Shown in pieces: positions 38,960 through 52,379 of a stretch of DNA of 64,000 nucleotides. Origin of the DNA: Chiloscyllium plagiosum (lineage: Eukaryota); assembly GCF_004010195.1 (NCBI RefSeq), contig NC_057750.1, positions 5,253,516 through 5,317,515 of the forward strand. The letters run 5' to 3'. Positions within the stretch are counted from its first letter, which is position 1. Each line of letters opens with the position of its first letter. The translations under genes and the position numbers were made by a program. Below the pieces are notes generated by a model that saw only the letters and a list, made by a program, of their open reading frames with translations, was not told where the DNA came from and ran no database searches.

Positions 38960-40325
38960 TGTCAGGGAACTATAGACTAGTGAGCTTGACATCAGTAGTG
39001 GGCAATTTGTTGGAGGGAATCCTGAGGAACAGCATTTACACGTGTTTGCAAAGGCAAGGCCTGATGTCAGCATGGCTTTGTGTGTGGGAAATCATGTCTC
39101 ATGAACTTGATTGAGTTTTTTGAAGAAATAACAAAGAGGATTGATGAGAGCAGAGCAGTGGACGTAATGTATATTGACTTCAGTAAAGCATTCAACAGGG
39201 TTCCTCTTAGAACGCTGGTTAGCAAGATTAGATCTCATGGAATACAGGGAGGACTAGCCATTTGGATACAGAACTGTTTCGAAGGTAGAACACAGAGCAT
39301 AGTGGTGGAGGGTTGCTTTTCAGACTGGAGGCCTGTGACCAGTGGAGTGTCACAAGTATTGGTGCTGGATCTACTACTTTTTGTCATTTTATATAAATGA
39401 TTTGGATGTGAACATTGAGGTACAGTTAGTAAGTTTGCAGATTATACCAAAATTGGAGGTGTAGTGGGCAGCGAAGAAGATTACCTCAGAGTACAATGGG
39501 ATCTTGATCAAAAGGGCCAATAGGCTAAGGAGTGACTGATGGAGTTTAATTTAGATAAACGTGAAGTGCTGCATTTTTGAAAAGTAAATCAGAGAAGGTC
39601 TTATACACTTAATGGGGAGTGATGCTGAACGAAGAGACCTTGGAGTGCAGGTTCATAGTTCCTTGAAAGGATAGTCACAGGTAGATAGGATAGTAAATAA
39701 GGCGTTTGGTATGCTTTCCTTTATTGGTCAGAGCATGGAGTATAGGAGTTGGGAGGTCATGTTGCAGCTGTACAGGACATTGGTTAGGCCATTTTTGGAA
39801 TATTGCATGTAATTCTGGTCTCCATCCTATTGGAAGGATGCTGTGAAACCTGAAAGAGTTCAGAAAAGACTTACAAGGATGTTGGCAGTGTTGGAGAATT
39901 TGAGCTATAGGGCGAGAATGAATAGGCTGGGACTGTTTTCCCTACAGCAACAGAGGCTTAGGGGAGACCTTAGAGGTTTATAAAATCATGAGGGGCATGG
40001 ATAGGGTAAATAGACAAGGTCTTTTCCCTGGGGCGGACAGTCCAGAACCAGAGGGCATAGGTTTAGGGTGAGATAGAAGAGACCTAAGGGGCAACCTTTT
40101 GACGCAGAATGTGGTACCTGTATGGAATGAGTGCCAGAGGAAGTGGTGGAGGCTGGTACAATTGCAACATTTAAAAGGCATCTGGATGGGTATATGAATA
40201 GGAAGGGTTTGGAGAGATATGGGCCGGGTGCTAGCAGGTGGGACTAGATTAGGTTACAATATCTGGATGGCATGAATAAGTTGGACCGAACGGTCTGTGT
40301 CTGTGCTGTATATCTCTATGACTCT
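38960..40325 (+). mobile_element. 5'-truncated CR1 LINE (RT to 3' tail), inactivated
   Basis: GKSCLMNLIEFFEE...VDVMYIDFSKAF...GVSQVLVL, fADyTK motif and tctatgactcta tail, with stops and frameshifts. Confidence 0.92.
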
Positions 40326-41289
40326 ACAAGTCAGTGTTCCAGGTGTAACCCTTCTTCAGGTTATACCTGCAACGTTGACTTCTCCACCTCCTGATGCTGC
40401 CTGGCTTGCTGTGTTCTTCCAGCTTCCTGCATTCTTCCAGCTTCCTGCTTGTCTACCTTGGATTCCAGCATCTGCAGATTTTTTTGTCTCTCTCTCTGAG
40501 TTTCTTCAGCACTTTGTTTTTATTCTACCTTAGTTACTTCTTATTTTCATTCTAATAATTGTCTAAAATTGTCAGAAATTATGGCTAATTGTTTCATTTG
40601 TATTGTCATCACAATTTGGCACCTTCTGACATGATGAGTTTTCAATAAATCAATTCTTAATGGACAGTTACAAAAGAGCTGAACTCCAGAGATGAGGTGA
40701 GAGTGACTTCCCCGACATCAAGGCTGCACTTGATTGAATGTTGCATCTACGAACTCTAGCAAAGCTGGAGTCAATGAGACTCAGATGGAATCTTCTTCAG
40801 AAAGAAGATTCAAAACATCAATTTTATTTCTTTCTCCACAAATGCTGCTAGACCTGCTGAGTTTCTCCAGCATTTGTTTCAGATTTCGGGCATCCGCAGT
40901 GTTTTGCTTTTATTTTAACTCAACCTAAGATTTCCACTGTCTCTCCTAAGATGACTGGGCGTCAAATCCAGCTTGATAAGTCCATGATATCCAGTCTGGT
41001 AAAAATAAAGGTAAAGTCGTCATCGTCCCAGAGGACCAAAGGGCTGCTCTCTCACTCGGCATCAATCACTCACTAACAAGTAGGAAATTCCATGTCAGTG
41101 GTCCTGGGATCTAATGGGTCCTTGTGTGGTTGATGAGCTCAATCCTCGAGCCACATTTCCAACCACCCATTTGGCAGGCGTTTCCAGGAGGTGGAATTAG
41201 TCCTTGGCCTCCAGATTGCTAATGGATGTTCTCAAAGAATTATGTCCCTTCGTGCAAGAGATTCCTCCAAGCTGGAATGTGGGTTTTAG

Positions 41290-41580
41290 AATCCCTACAG
41301 TGTGAAAACAGGCCCTTTGGTCCAAGTCCACATTGACCCTCCAAAGAGTAACCTACCCAGACCCATTCCCCTACATCTACCCCGGACTAATACATCTAAC
41401 CTACACATCCTGAACACTAATCTGCACATCTTTAGATTGTAGGAGGAAACCGGAGGAAACCCATGCAGACACGGGGAGAATATGCAAACCCCACACAGAC
41501 AGGTGCCCAAGGTGAGAATTGAACCCAGGTCCCTGGCACTGTGAGGCAACAGTGCTAACTACTGAGCCACCGTGCTGCCC
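41290..41580 (-). mobile_element. V-SINE (HE1-like)
   Basis: The reverse complement starts gggcagcacggtggctcagtagttagcactgttgcctcacag and contains the V core. Confidence 0.88.
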
Positions 41581-41619
41581 CAAGCATTGACATCTATGTT
41601 GCATTTCTTGAGGGAAGCC

Positions 41620-42520
41620 TTCAGTGAGTCTTTGAAATGTGAACATAGGAGGCATGGTTAGTTGGTTTGCAGATGATACCAAAATTGGTGATGTAGTGAA
41701 CAGCGAAGAAGATTACCTCAGAGTACAAAGGGGACCTTGATCAGATGAGCGAATGGGCCAAGGAGTGGCAGATGGAGTTTAATCTAGATAAATGTGAGGT
41801 TCTGCATTTTGGTAAGGCCAATCAGGGCAGGGATTATATACTTAATAATAAAGTCCTGAGGACTGTTGCTGAACAAAGAGATGTTAGGTGCAGTTCATAG
41901 TTCCCTGAAAGTGGAGTTGCAGGTAGAAAGGATAGTGAAGAAGGTGTTTGGTATGTTTGACTTTATTGATCAATGCATTGAGAGGTCATGTTGCAGCTGT
42001 ACAGGACATTGGTTATGTCACGTTTGGAATACTGCATTCAATTCTGGTCTCCCTGCTATAGAAAGAATGTTGTGAAACTTGAAATGGTTCAAAAAGATCT
42101 GTAAGGATGTTGCCAGGACTGGAGGATTGAGCTGTAGGGAGAGGCTGAATAGACGGGGGCTGTTTTCCCTGGAGCATCGAAAGTTGAGCGGTGACCTTAT
42201 AGAGCTTTAAAAAATCCTGAGGAGCATGGACAGAGTGAATAGTCAAGGTCTACTCCCTAATGTCAGGGAGTCCAAAAACTAGTGGGCATGGGTCTAAAGT
42301 GAGAGGGGAAAGATTTAAAAGGGATCTAAGAGACAACTTTTTCACAAATAGGATGGTGCCTGTACGGAATGAGCTGCCATAGGAAGTGGTGGAGGCTCGT
42401 ACATAACAACATTTAAAATGGTTACATGAATAGGAAGGGTTTACATGACAAATAGAATGAGATGAATTTATGATACCTGGACGAAAGGTCTGTTTCCGTG
42501 CTGTACATCTCTATGACTCC
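41620..42520 (+). mobile_element. CR1 LINE 3' portion
   Basis: tttgcagatgataccaaa (FADDTK) through to the CR1 tail. Confidence 0.88.
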
Positions 42521-42809
42521 TAATGCTTTCTTTGTCCTCATCTCATTCAAGTGCCTTGCAATGGACTGCCAACTTGCTACCGTGGAGTGGCTTACGTGAC
42601 TTGCTGAGCCCAAGAGTGATACCAGCAGGAGTTCTCAACTCCTGTCAGGACCACCCATGACAGGAAGGTCTCTCATTAGTGAGAAATGCCTGGTGGTGAG
42701 TTGAAATTGAGGGCAGAAGTTGAGAAGGTTGTCAGGCTAGTTACCTCAGCCAGTGTGGGAAATTGAACCCATGGTGTTGCTGAATTGCAACTTAGTCATC
42801 CGGGCAACT

Positions 42810-43825
42810 GAGCCAATTGCCATCGGCCTCCAATCTGTAAAACAATCCCCCACCACTACGCTCTGTGTTCTACCTTGGAGCCAGTTCTGTATCCAAATGG
42901 CTAGTTCTCCCTGTATTCCAGATCCAAGATCTATTCTTGCTAACCAGTGCCCTATGAGATACCTTGTTGAACGCCTTACTGAAGTCAATATACATTATGT
43001 CCACCGCTCTGCCCTCATCAATCCTTTTTGTTACTTCAAAAAAACTCAATCAAGTTCATGAGACATGATTTCCCACGCACAAAGCCATGCTAACATCAGT
43101 CCTTGCCTTTGCTGTAAATGCTGTCCCTCAGGATTCTCTCCAACAGCCTGCCCACTACTGATGTCAGGCTCACTGGTTTATAGTTCCCTGGCTTGTCTTT
43201 ACCACCTTTCTTAAGTTGTGGCACCATGTTAGCCAATTTCCAGTCTTCTGGTACCTCACCTGTGATTATCGATGATACAAATCTCAGCAAGGGGCCCAGC
43301 AATCACTTCCCTAGCTTCCCACAGAGTTCTAGAGTACATGGGTGGCATGGTGGCTCAGTGGTTAGCACTGCTGCCTCACAGCACCAGGGACCTGAGTTCG
43401 ATTCCACCCTCTGGCGACTGTCTGCGTGAAGTTTGGGCATTCTCCCTGTGTCTGTGTGGGTTTCCTATGCGTGCTCTGGTTTCCTCCCACAGTCCAAAGA
43501 TGTGCAGGTTAGGTGAGTTGGCTATGCTAAAATGTCCATAGCGTTCAGATTAGTGAAGTTTAGGTGTGTTAGTTGCGGGTAAATATAGAATGGGGGAATG
43601 GTTCTGGGTGGGTTCATCTTTGGAGTATTGATGTGGGCTTGTTGGGCCGAAGGGCCTGTTTCCACACTGTAGGGAATCTGTAATACCTGATCAGGTCCTG
43701 GAGATTTATCCACTTTTATGTGTTTCAAGACATCCAGCACCACCTCCTCTGTAATATGCACATTTTTCAAGGTGCCACCATCTATTTCCCCACGTTTTAT
43801 ATCTTCCATGTCCTTTTCCACGCTG
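42810..43825 (-). mobile_element. CR1 RT fragment interrupted by a plus-strand V-SINE (~43340-43682)
   Basis: Minus frames IKVDKSPGPDQV and TGEVPEDWKLANMVPQLKKGGKDKPGNYKPVSLTSVVG. SINE head gtggctcagtggttagcactgctgcctcacag at ~43350. Confidence 0.88.
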
Positions 43826-44084
43826 ATTCTTCACCTCCTGGAGAAACTCAGAGGTCACGCTGCATCTGTGGAGAGAGAAACAAAATAATTGTTTGAAATC
43901 AAATATGACTTCTTCAGAACCCAAAGTTTAGAGGTGGTGGAAGATCAATTCACACATTCAAGAGTGGTTGGGTGATTATCTGGATGGGAAGATGTTAAGA
44001 TAATGGGGAAGGAAAGTGTCACGATAGTGGGAGAGAAGGCATGAGTGTGACACCAGGAGTGCTGGCACGTACGCTGAATAGGCA

Positions 44085-44209
44085 AAAGTGAGGACTGCAG
44101 ATGCTGGAGATTAGAGCCGAGAGAGTGTGGTACTGGAAAAGCACAGCCAGTCAGGCAGCATCCGAGGAGCAGGAGAGTCGACGTTTTGGGCAAAAGCCCT
44201 TCATCAGGA
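44085..44209 (-). mobile_element. Short family-A PLE fragment
   Basis: Ends in cccttcatcagga, which is the hammerhead core on the minus strand (GAAA mutated to AAAA). Confidence 0.75.
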
Positions 44210-44943
44210 TGCTGTTATGCTGAATGTCCTACAGTGAAAGATGCTACATAAATGCATGTATTTGTTTTTTCTTTGTTTGAAGCAACACCAAATAGCCTTT
44301 TCAAAACAAAATTGCAATGGTGGGGGGGGAAATCTGCACATTTGTTTTAGTTCTTTCCTCCACCAATACTGCCATCTGGTGGACTCATGGGGAACAAGTC
44401 AATATCGCCAGAGGCAACCTGAAGCATTTATCCTGCCCAATTATATACTATAGTGAAACGCACTCGAGAGTCCAATTCCCCCCTAACATGCTGGGAAGAG
44501 AAACTGTAATACTCCTATTGTTTCAAATCCATCCTGTTATCTTGGACAGCCTGTCGCTTGATGAGGTATCAAAGTTTGATTATTAGACCTCAGCTCATCG
44601 GAATGTCTACTAGGCAGTTTTTAAAAAATTGACTCCAAGGATTAAAAAGGAGAGATTAAAGAAAACAAGGGTTGTATTTCTTGGATTTGGGAAGGATGGG
44701 GGCAATTTTATCAAGGTACCCCAGATACTAAGGGGAAATGATATAGAGAAAGATATAGAGAAGGTATTTTCACTGCTTGGAGAATGTCTCGCTCTCTGGC
44801 ACTCTCTTGAGATGGGGCTATAAGATGAAAGAGCTGAAGTAGGCCATTCAGTCCATCAATTCTGCTCTGCCATTCAGTGTGATCTGATCATCTTAAGCTC
44901 CACTTTCTTGCCTTTTCCTCATTCCCTTACTGATTAAAAATCT

Positions 44944-45140
44944 TGATTTGGAGATGCAGGTGTTGGACTGGGGTGTACAAAGTTAAAAATCACACAACAC
45001 CAGTTATAGTCCAACAGGTTTAATTGGAAGCACTAGCTTTTTGGAGTACACAACCACCTGATGAAGGAGCAGCGCACCGAAAGCTAGTACTTCCAAATAA
45101 ACCTGTTGGACTATAACTGGTGTTGTGTGATTTTTAACTT
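44944..45140. mobile_element. Fold-back family-B PLE with hammerhead motif at 45055-45089 (+)
   Basis: 13-bp TSD tgattaaaaatct at 44931-44943 / 45141-45153. Motif cac-CTGATGA-a-ggagc-agc-gcacc-GAAA-gc-TA. Confidence 0.85.
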
Positions 45141-45352
45141 TGATTAAAAATCTGTCATTCTCAGCCTGGATGTACTTAACAACTCATCCTCTACAACTGT
45201 CTGCAGGAAGCAGTTCCACAGATTCACTACCCTCTGAGAGAAAAAACAATCCTCTTCTCTGACTTTACTGGCTGACCCCTAACTCTGGTACAAGACTCTC
45301 ATACAAGGGGAAGCAAACTTTCTGCATCTACTCTGTCAAACCCTCTAAGAAT

Positions 45353-45699
45353 CTTCGCGGGTCTGAACAGTTCTGAAGAAAGGTCACTGGACCCAAAACA
45401 TTAACTCTGCTCTCTTTCCACAGAGGGAGAAAGTGAGGACTGCAGATGCTGGAGACCCAGAGTTGAAAAGTGTGGTGCTGGAAAAGCACAGCAGGCCAGG
45501 CAGCATCCGAGGAGCAGCAGAATGATGCCCGAAAAGTCAATTCTCCTGCTCCTTAAATGCTGCCTGGCCTGCTGCGCTTTTCCAGCTCCACACTTTTCAA
45601 CTCTCTTTCCACAGATGCTGCCAGGCCTGCTGAGATTCTCCAGCAATTTCTGCTTTTGTTTCAGATTTCTGGTATCTGCAATATTTGTTTTATTTAAAA
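45353..45699 (+). mobile_element. Family-C short PLE containing a nested fold-back family-A PLE (45425-45600)
   Basis: Outer duplication ctctaagaat at 45343-45352 / 45700-45709. Inner 15-bp TSD ctctctttccacaga at 45410-45424 / 45601-45615. Confidence 0.78.
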
Positions 45700-45789
45700 C
45701 TCTAAGAATTTTGTATCTATCAATAAATACGTTTGTCATGGAGCCCAAGGTAAGAATGTGGACAGTTTTAACATGGTTCCTTTGAGTAG

Positions 45790-48285
45790 TGGAGTTGAGA
45801 AGTCATGTTAGGGTTGTACAGGAGATTGGTGAGGCCTCTTCTGCAATACTGTGACCTGTTCTGGTTGCCCAGTTATAGGAAGGATATTATTAACTTGGAG
45901 AGCGTTCAAAGGAGATTTACCAGGATGTTGAGTTATAAAGAAAGGCTGGTTGGGCTGGAACATTTTTCACTGGAGCATAGGAGGTTGAGAGGCAACTTTA
46001 TAGAACACTCACAAATACACCCCCTCACAGATATATGACACTCTACACTCACATACACACACATATACACTCTCTCTCACACTCACAACCCCCCAACCCA
46101 GACAGACATGTGCGACACACACACACACACACAGACCCACATGCACACATATATGTTTGTGGGGTGAATTTGTACTTGCAGAGTTACATTGTACTTTGCT
46201 GAAAAACTGCATGAATTTATGTAAGACTCTGTTATCTCACTTTTTACATTAGAATCAGTCTAAACGTTATGGCACAGATAGAGAACACAGGGTGCTAACA
46301 CCTTCAACCTATTGTCTAGCTAACACCAATTGTTACAGTTAACCTGAGAACGCAACTTTTTAAAAAAAAAGTTTTGTGATTTACATGAAAGAAGTGAAAC
46401 TATCATGGTATTCGAACAGATGAAAGACTCCACAAATTATCAAGGTATTTTTCAATGTATAATTTCAGTTACATCACACTGTAAACTTTTGCTATAAATT
46501 CTGTGTTTTACAATTGTGTCCTCCACAACCACCTGGCAAAGGAGCAGTGCTCCGAAAGCTAGTGCTTCCAATTAAACCTGTTGAACTATAACCTGGTGTT
46601 GTGTGATTTTTAACTTTATAGAAGTTTATAAAATCAGTAGGGTATAGATACGATTAATAGTAGGTGCCTTTTTTCTAGGATGAGGGACTTCAAGACCGAG
46701 GGCACATTTTGAAGATGAAAGAAGAGACTTAAAACAGACATGAGGGACAAATCTTTTACAAGAGGTTGTTTCACATGTGGGAACGAACTTCCAGAGGAAG
46801 TGATGGGTACGGGTACAGTTACAAAATTTAAAAGACATTTGGATAAGTACCGTATATACTTGTGTAAAAGCCGATCTCATATAAAAGTTGACTCCTTACT
46901 TTTGGCCAAACAATCTTGTATTTTCCATGTATCTCATGTAAAAGTCAACCCTACTATATCACATTATAAATCTCTTACAAAGGAAACTGTATGTTCTCAT
47001 TAACTCACTTAAACGAAATCACATTTATTCATTCATGACTCTACTTAGCCCACTTGGTTTACTACAGCACATGTTGATTCATTCATTCATTCAGACCGGA
47101 ACTCAATCTATCGATACTTATTGCACTTTGTTCACTATACATCCAAAAGTTAACATCTTTAAAAAGATTGCTCACTGAGCTGGAAGGTTTGCTTTCAGAC
47201 GTTTCGTCACCATACTAGGTAACATCAACAGCGAGCCTCCGGTGAAGCACTGATGTTAGTGATCCGCTTTCTATTTATGCGTGTCTCTGTTTGGTTTGTC
47301 CTAGGATGGCTGTGAGAAAAAAAATACAGTGACACACATGAGAATTCCTAGAAGCATAGCATTCCAGCCAGAACTCTATCAACTAACACATTGACTTGGA
47401 GGACCCTATTTACCATCCTCTAAGGAAATGACATCGCCACAGGAAATGGCGTCACCAACCCAAGGAAACTTAAACACATAAATAGAAAGCGGGTCACTAA
47501 CACCAGTGCTTCACCGGAGGTTCATTGATAATGTTACCTAGTATGGTGATGAAACATCTGAAAACAAACCTTCCAGCTCAGCGAGCAAACTTGCATCCAG
47601 AACCTCAACCTGAGCTACAAATACTCTCAAAACTCACTAGTTAATCACTTTAATTGTGCCATTATATCTGAATAAAAGTAAGATATATTAGCTACATACA
47701 TTTAATTCTTTAACAAATTTGTTAATGTTGCTAAGGTTCACAACATGTGAGAGTAAATGGGAGGGAAATGGAAGAATTTAGCAGGAAAGTACAAGAGGCT
47801 TACACATTCAGAATTTAATAACTGTTTCATTTTAAGTGTGTCATTATACCAGGTCATGACGATGTTGAACAGTACGATTTTGCAGGATTTCAATGAATCT
47901 TTGACATGTTAAATTTTTGTACCGGTATGTATAAATATAATTTCCTACCAGTAATTCATTCTTGTTCCTCTTGCTTTTACCGTAATTCATTGTGTATTTC
48001 TTCTTTACCCAGGATTAGTTGTGCGATCAAATCGACTTCTAGTAATAATGTGGTATTTCGAACTGCAGCACGAATTTCAAAACTAGTACCCGTGTCTTAG
48101 TCCACCATATAAATTGAACCTTTAAAAATAGTCTAAAAAATTTGACTTTTACATGAGTATATATGGTACATGAATAGGAAAAGTTTGGAGGGATACAGGC
48201 CAGGCAGGTGGGACTAGTTTAATTTGGGATTATGGTCAGCATGGACTGGTTGGGCCAAAGGGTCTGTCTGTGCTGTATGATTCTA
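45790..48285 (+). mobile_element. CR1 3' fragment split by a family-B PLE (46006-46611) and a DNA transposon (46850-48166)
   Basis: CR1 text resumes seamlessly across both insertions. PLE TSD aactttatagaa at 45994-46005 / 46612-46623. Confidence 0.82.
46850..48166. mobile_element. Non-autonomous Tc1/mariner-superfamily (Tc2/pogo-like) element hosting an inverted-pLTR PLE at ~47165-47640
   Basis: TIRs ccgtatatacttgtgtaaaagccg / tgacttttacatgagtatatatgg, TA duplication at 46848-46849 / 48167-48168, and subterminal repeats. The inner PLE has arms ~47168-47285 / ~47470-47590 and a REFLEA-type GIY-YIG remnant. Confidence 0.8.
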
Positions 48286-49124
48286 TGGAGAGGCTGTAGT
48301 TGTGAAGTTACTGCATGGTTCTGGCTGTCCAGGAAACTTCCCTGCTGTTACCATTTGCATTGGTGCACCGGAAGAATTTGCAGGTTGATCATCAACTGTT
48401 TGGCTGCATCATGGCACAGACCTTCCATGGCCATCCAGCCCTGCAGTGAACTAAAGACAAACTACAGAGAAACTCAGCAGGTCAGGCAGCATCTGTGGAG
48501 AGAAAAATAGCATTAACATTTCAAGTCCAGTATGACTCTTCTTCAGAAGTTGGAGTTTGATACACAGGCTTAATTCACTTGTGCCACAAGGATCATTGGA
48601 GAGTCTAGGATTAGGGGCCATTGTCTAAACATTAGAGCCAGAGCTTTTGGAAGTAAGAATCTTCTGCACTCAACAGATGACAGAATTTTGTAATTGTCTT
48701 TTCCAAATTAGAACCATGCTAGAACAATTGTTAATTTAAAACTTGATGTTGATAGATTTTTTTGTTAACTGTAAGTATTAAAAGGGTATAATGTTGCAAG
48801 AGGGTGGGTCAGAAATTAGCCATCACTTATTGAATGGCAGGTACAAATGGCTGGATGATTCCTCCTATTTACACTTCTATTTGATTCTGTGGGTTGGAGA
48901 GTGGATGGTGATGATGGATTACCACTCATAATCATTGGCGGTCCCTCACTGACGAGGATAACTCTTTTCCACTCTCAGGGTGAGTCTGTAGGTAGTTGTA
49001 CAGACCAATGCGGCTACCATAGCCCTGTTATACTTGGGAGAAAACAGTGAAAGTAGGCCACTGCTACATCAATGCCTACCCACGCTTCCTCCAAGCTTCT
49101 GCTTTTTCCCAATGGCAATCCATA

Positions 49125-50022
49125 GACTCATAGAGATGTACAACACGGAAGCAAATCCTTAGGTGCAACTCATCCATACCGACCAGATATCCCAACCTAA
49201 TCTAGTCCCATTTGCCAGCACCCGGCCCATATCCCTCTAAACCCTTCCTATTCATATACCCATTCAGATGCCTTTTAAAGTTGCAATTGTACCAGCCTCC
49301 ACCACTGTGTGAAAAAGTTGCCCCGTAGGTCCCTTTTATATTTTCCCCTTTCACCCTAAACCAATGTCATCTATTTCTGGACTCCACCACCCCTATGGAA
49401 CCTGTCCATCCTCTCATGATTTTATAAATCTCTATAAGGTCACCCCTCAGCCTCCGACACTCCAAGGAAAACAGGCCCAGCCTATTCAAACTCTCCCTAT
49501 AGCTCAAATCCTCCAACCCTGGCAACATCCTTGTAAATCTTTTCTGAACCCGTTCAAGTTTCACAACATCCTTCCGATAGGAAGGAGACCAGAATTGCAC
49601 GCAATATTCCAAAAGTGGCCTAATCAATGCCCTGTACAGCCGCAACATGACCTTCCAACTCCTATACTCAATACTCTGACCAATAAAGGAAAGAATACCA
49701 AACGCCTTATTCACTATCCTATCTACCTGCAACTCTACTTTCAGGGAGCTATGAACCTTGTCTCCAACACTCCCCAGGACCTTACCATTAAATGTATAGG
49801 TCCTGCTGTGATTTGCTTTCCCAAAATACAGCACCTCACATTTATCTAAATTAAACTTCATCTGTCACTCCGCCCATTGGCCCATCTGATCAAGATCCAG
49901 TTGTACTCTGAAGTAACCTTCTTCACTGTCCCACCACACCTCCAATTTTGCTGTCATTTGCAAACTGACTAAGTATACCTCCTATGTTCACATCCAAATC
50001 ATTTATATAAATGACCAAAAGT
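49125..50022 (-). mobile_element. CR1 LINE 3' portion
   Basis: 164-aa minus frame FNLDKCEVLYFG...LYRALIRPLLEYCVQFWSP...LERVQKRFTRMLPG. Confidence 0.92.
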
Positions 50023-50731
50023 AGTGGATCCTTCCTTGACGTGTTTGACGTCTTCCCTGATGCCATAAACGAGTAAGGAGATGCTATAGTTAGACATGTA
50101 ACCCGCTCTCACCCAAACCTTCCGCAAGCTTTTATTAGCATCCACAGTCCTCACCTTTTTGGGACAGCAATGTTGAAAATTATCCCAGCCTCCACACAGA
50201 TGTAGCTGGTCTGGTATTGGTAGGTGTGCCAAAACTGCAGCTGCACTAAATCATCCTGCCCACCAGGTGTCACTAACTGCTGCCCAGATTTGAGTCTCCT
50301 GCTCCAGAGAAGGGGAAATTCCACAGTGCAGGACATTCCTGGTTCTTGCTGCCATAATCTTAATTATTTTTATCACATGATCTGCCAAAGACCAGAAAGA
50401 CAAATTGCAAAGACAGCGTCATTTATGTTTCTGTACATTGATCCTTGAAGGTAGTAAGACAAAATCAGAGAATGGTTAGCACAGCGCTGGGGATCTTGGG
50501 TTGCATTGAGTACAAAAGCAGGGAAGCGATGTAGAAACGTTATCATATTCCAGCTTCAACCATATTGTGTCAACTTCTGGTCATTGCACATTAGGAGGGA
50601 TATGAGGGTTCTCTAGAGTGTATGGAGGGTGATCTACCGCAATTGTCCCAGGGATGAGGAATTTAGCTACCATGCTGGGTTGGAGAAGCTGTGGTCATTT
50701 GATTAAGAGGATCTGTAACAGAGGTGTACAA

Positions 50732-50853
50732 ATGATTTGGAGATGCCGTTGTTGGACTAGGGTGTACAAAGTAAAAAAATCACACAACACCAGGTTACAG
50801 TCCTACAGGTTTATTTGGAAGCACTAGCTTTCAAAGCGCTGCTCCTTCATCAG
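50732..50853 (-). mobile_element. Short family-B PLE ending exactly at the hammerhead core
   Basis: 13-bp TSD cagaggtgtacaa at 50719-50731 / 50851-50863. Minus strand reads CTGATGA-a-ggagc-agc-gcttt-GAAA-gc-TA-gtg. Confidence 0.82.
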
Positions 50854-51219
50854 AGGTGTACAAGATTGTGATAGATTCACATAAGGCAGTGAAAGATAGT
50901 TCCAATCACAGATTGTACAAGGATCCACTTCGGAGTTGGAACGAGTTGGACTGAAGGGTCTGTTTCCATGTTCTATGACTGTGGATGTAATGTTTTGGGA
51001 AAGGGTTCCAGGATGGAAATGGTAGGAAGAACTTTCTTTACACAGTGAGTTGTCATGACCTGGAACAAGCTGCCTGTGAGGGACTAAAAATAAAATTGGA
51101 CAGGTTATGGAGAAAATGAACCTCACAGGGTGATGAGGATGGAGCAGGGAAATGGGACTGAATGGATTGTTCTACAGAGAACCATCAAATGGCCTCTGTA
51201 ATTCAACTATGAGACTTTC

Positions 51220-52357
51220 TGTCGAGCGTAAGGTGCTGGAAAAGCACAGCAGGTCAGGCAGCACCCGAGAAGCAGGAGAGTCAATGTTTTTCCTTCATCA
51301 GGAATGAGGATGTGAGCCGAGGGTGTGGTGGAGGCTGGAGCGGATAGGTGGGAAGGAAGATGGACAGGTAGGACAGGTCATGAGGGCGGTGCCAAGTTGG
51401 AAGGTTGAATCTGCATTAAGGTGGGAGGAGGGGGAAATGAAGAAACTGGTGAGATCCACATTGATGCCATGGGGTTGGAGGGTACCAAGGCATTCTTCCT
51501 CCAGGCATCAGGTGGTTAGGGAGTGGCAATGGAGGAGGCCCAGGACCTGCATGTCCTTGGCGGAGTGGGATGGGAAGTTGAAGTTTCGGCCATGGGGCAG
51601 TGGGGTTGATTGGTGCGGGTGTCCCGGAGATGTTCTCTGAAGCGCTCTGCGAGTAGGCGTACTGTCTCCCAATGTAGAGGAGACCGTATTGGGACCGTAT
51701 ACAGTAAAGGACATGTGTGGAAATGCAGGTGAAACTTTGACGGATGTGGGTCCTTGGACGGAGGTGAGGGGGGAGGTCTGGGCATAGGTTTTGCAATTCC
51801 TGCGGTGGCAGGGGGAGGTGCCGGGAGGAGAGGGTGGATTGGTGGGGGGGGGATGGGGGGTGGACCTGACGAAGGAGTCTCGGAGGGAACGGTCTTTACA
51901 GAAAGCAGATGGGGTAAGGAGGCAAATGTATCAGTGGTGGTGGGTCCGTTCGTAGGTGGCGGAAATGGTGGAGGATGATGCGAGGTAAATGGAGGTTGGT
52001 GGGGTGGAAGGTGAGGATTGGAGCTTTCTGTCCTTGTTATGGTTGAAGGGATGGTGTTCGAGGGCAGAGATGTGGGAAGTGGATGAGATGCGCTGGAGGC
52101 CATCACCAACCACGTGGGAGGGGAAATTGCAATCTTTCAAGGTCGGAGTGGAATGTGTTGGCGAAGTTGATGCATTCCACCCTGACCTTAAATTTACCTG
52201 GACCATCTCTGACACCTCCCTCCCCTTCCTGGACCTCTCCATCTCCATCAGTGACGACCGACTTGACACTGACATTTTCTACAAACCCACCGACTCCCAC
52301 AGCTACCTGGATTACACCTCTTCCCACCCTACCTCTTGCAAAAATGCCATCCCGTAT
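51220..52357. mobile_element. Longer family-A PLE: GIY-YIG and pLTR on the minus strand (51220-~52140), inverted RT-thumb piece on the plus strand (~52145-52357)
   Basis: Minus: FTCISTHVLYCIRSQYGLLYIG and ETVRLLAERFREHLRD. Plus: FHPDLKFTWTISDTSLPFLDLSISI...FYKPTDSHSYLDYTSSHP..CKNAIPY. Confidence 0.88.
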
Positions 52358-52379
52358 TAGGAAACTATGTTGCACACAT

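Noticed and set aside
43340..43420. tRNA-like sequences here and at ~23830-23895, ~41510-41580, ~56090-56150
   Set aside because: They are SINE heads followed by V-SINE body and tail, not tRNA genes.
41620..43825. Opposed CR1 pieces as one twin-primed insertion
   Set aside because: The inverted piece lies downstream of the 3' tail with other DNA between, and no shared TSD was found. They are more likely independent insertions.
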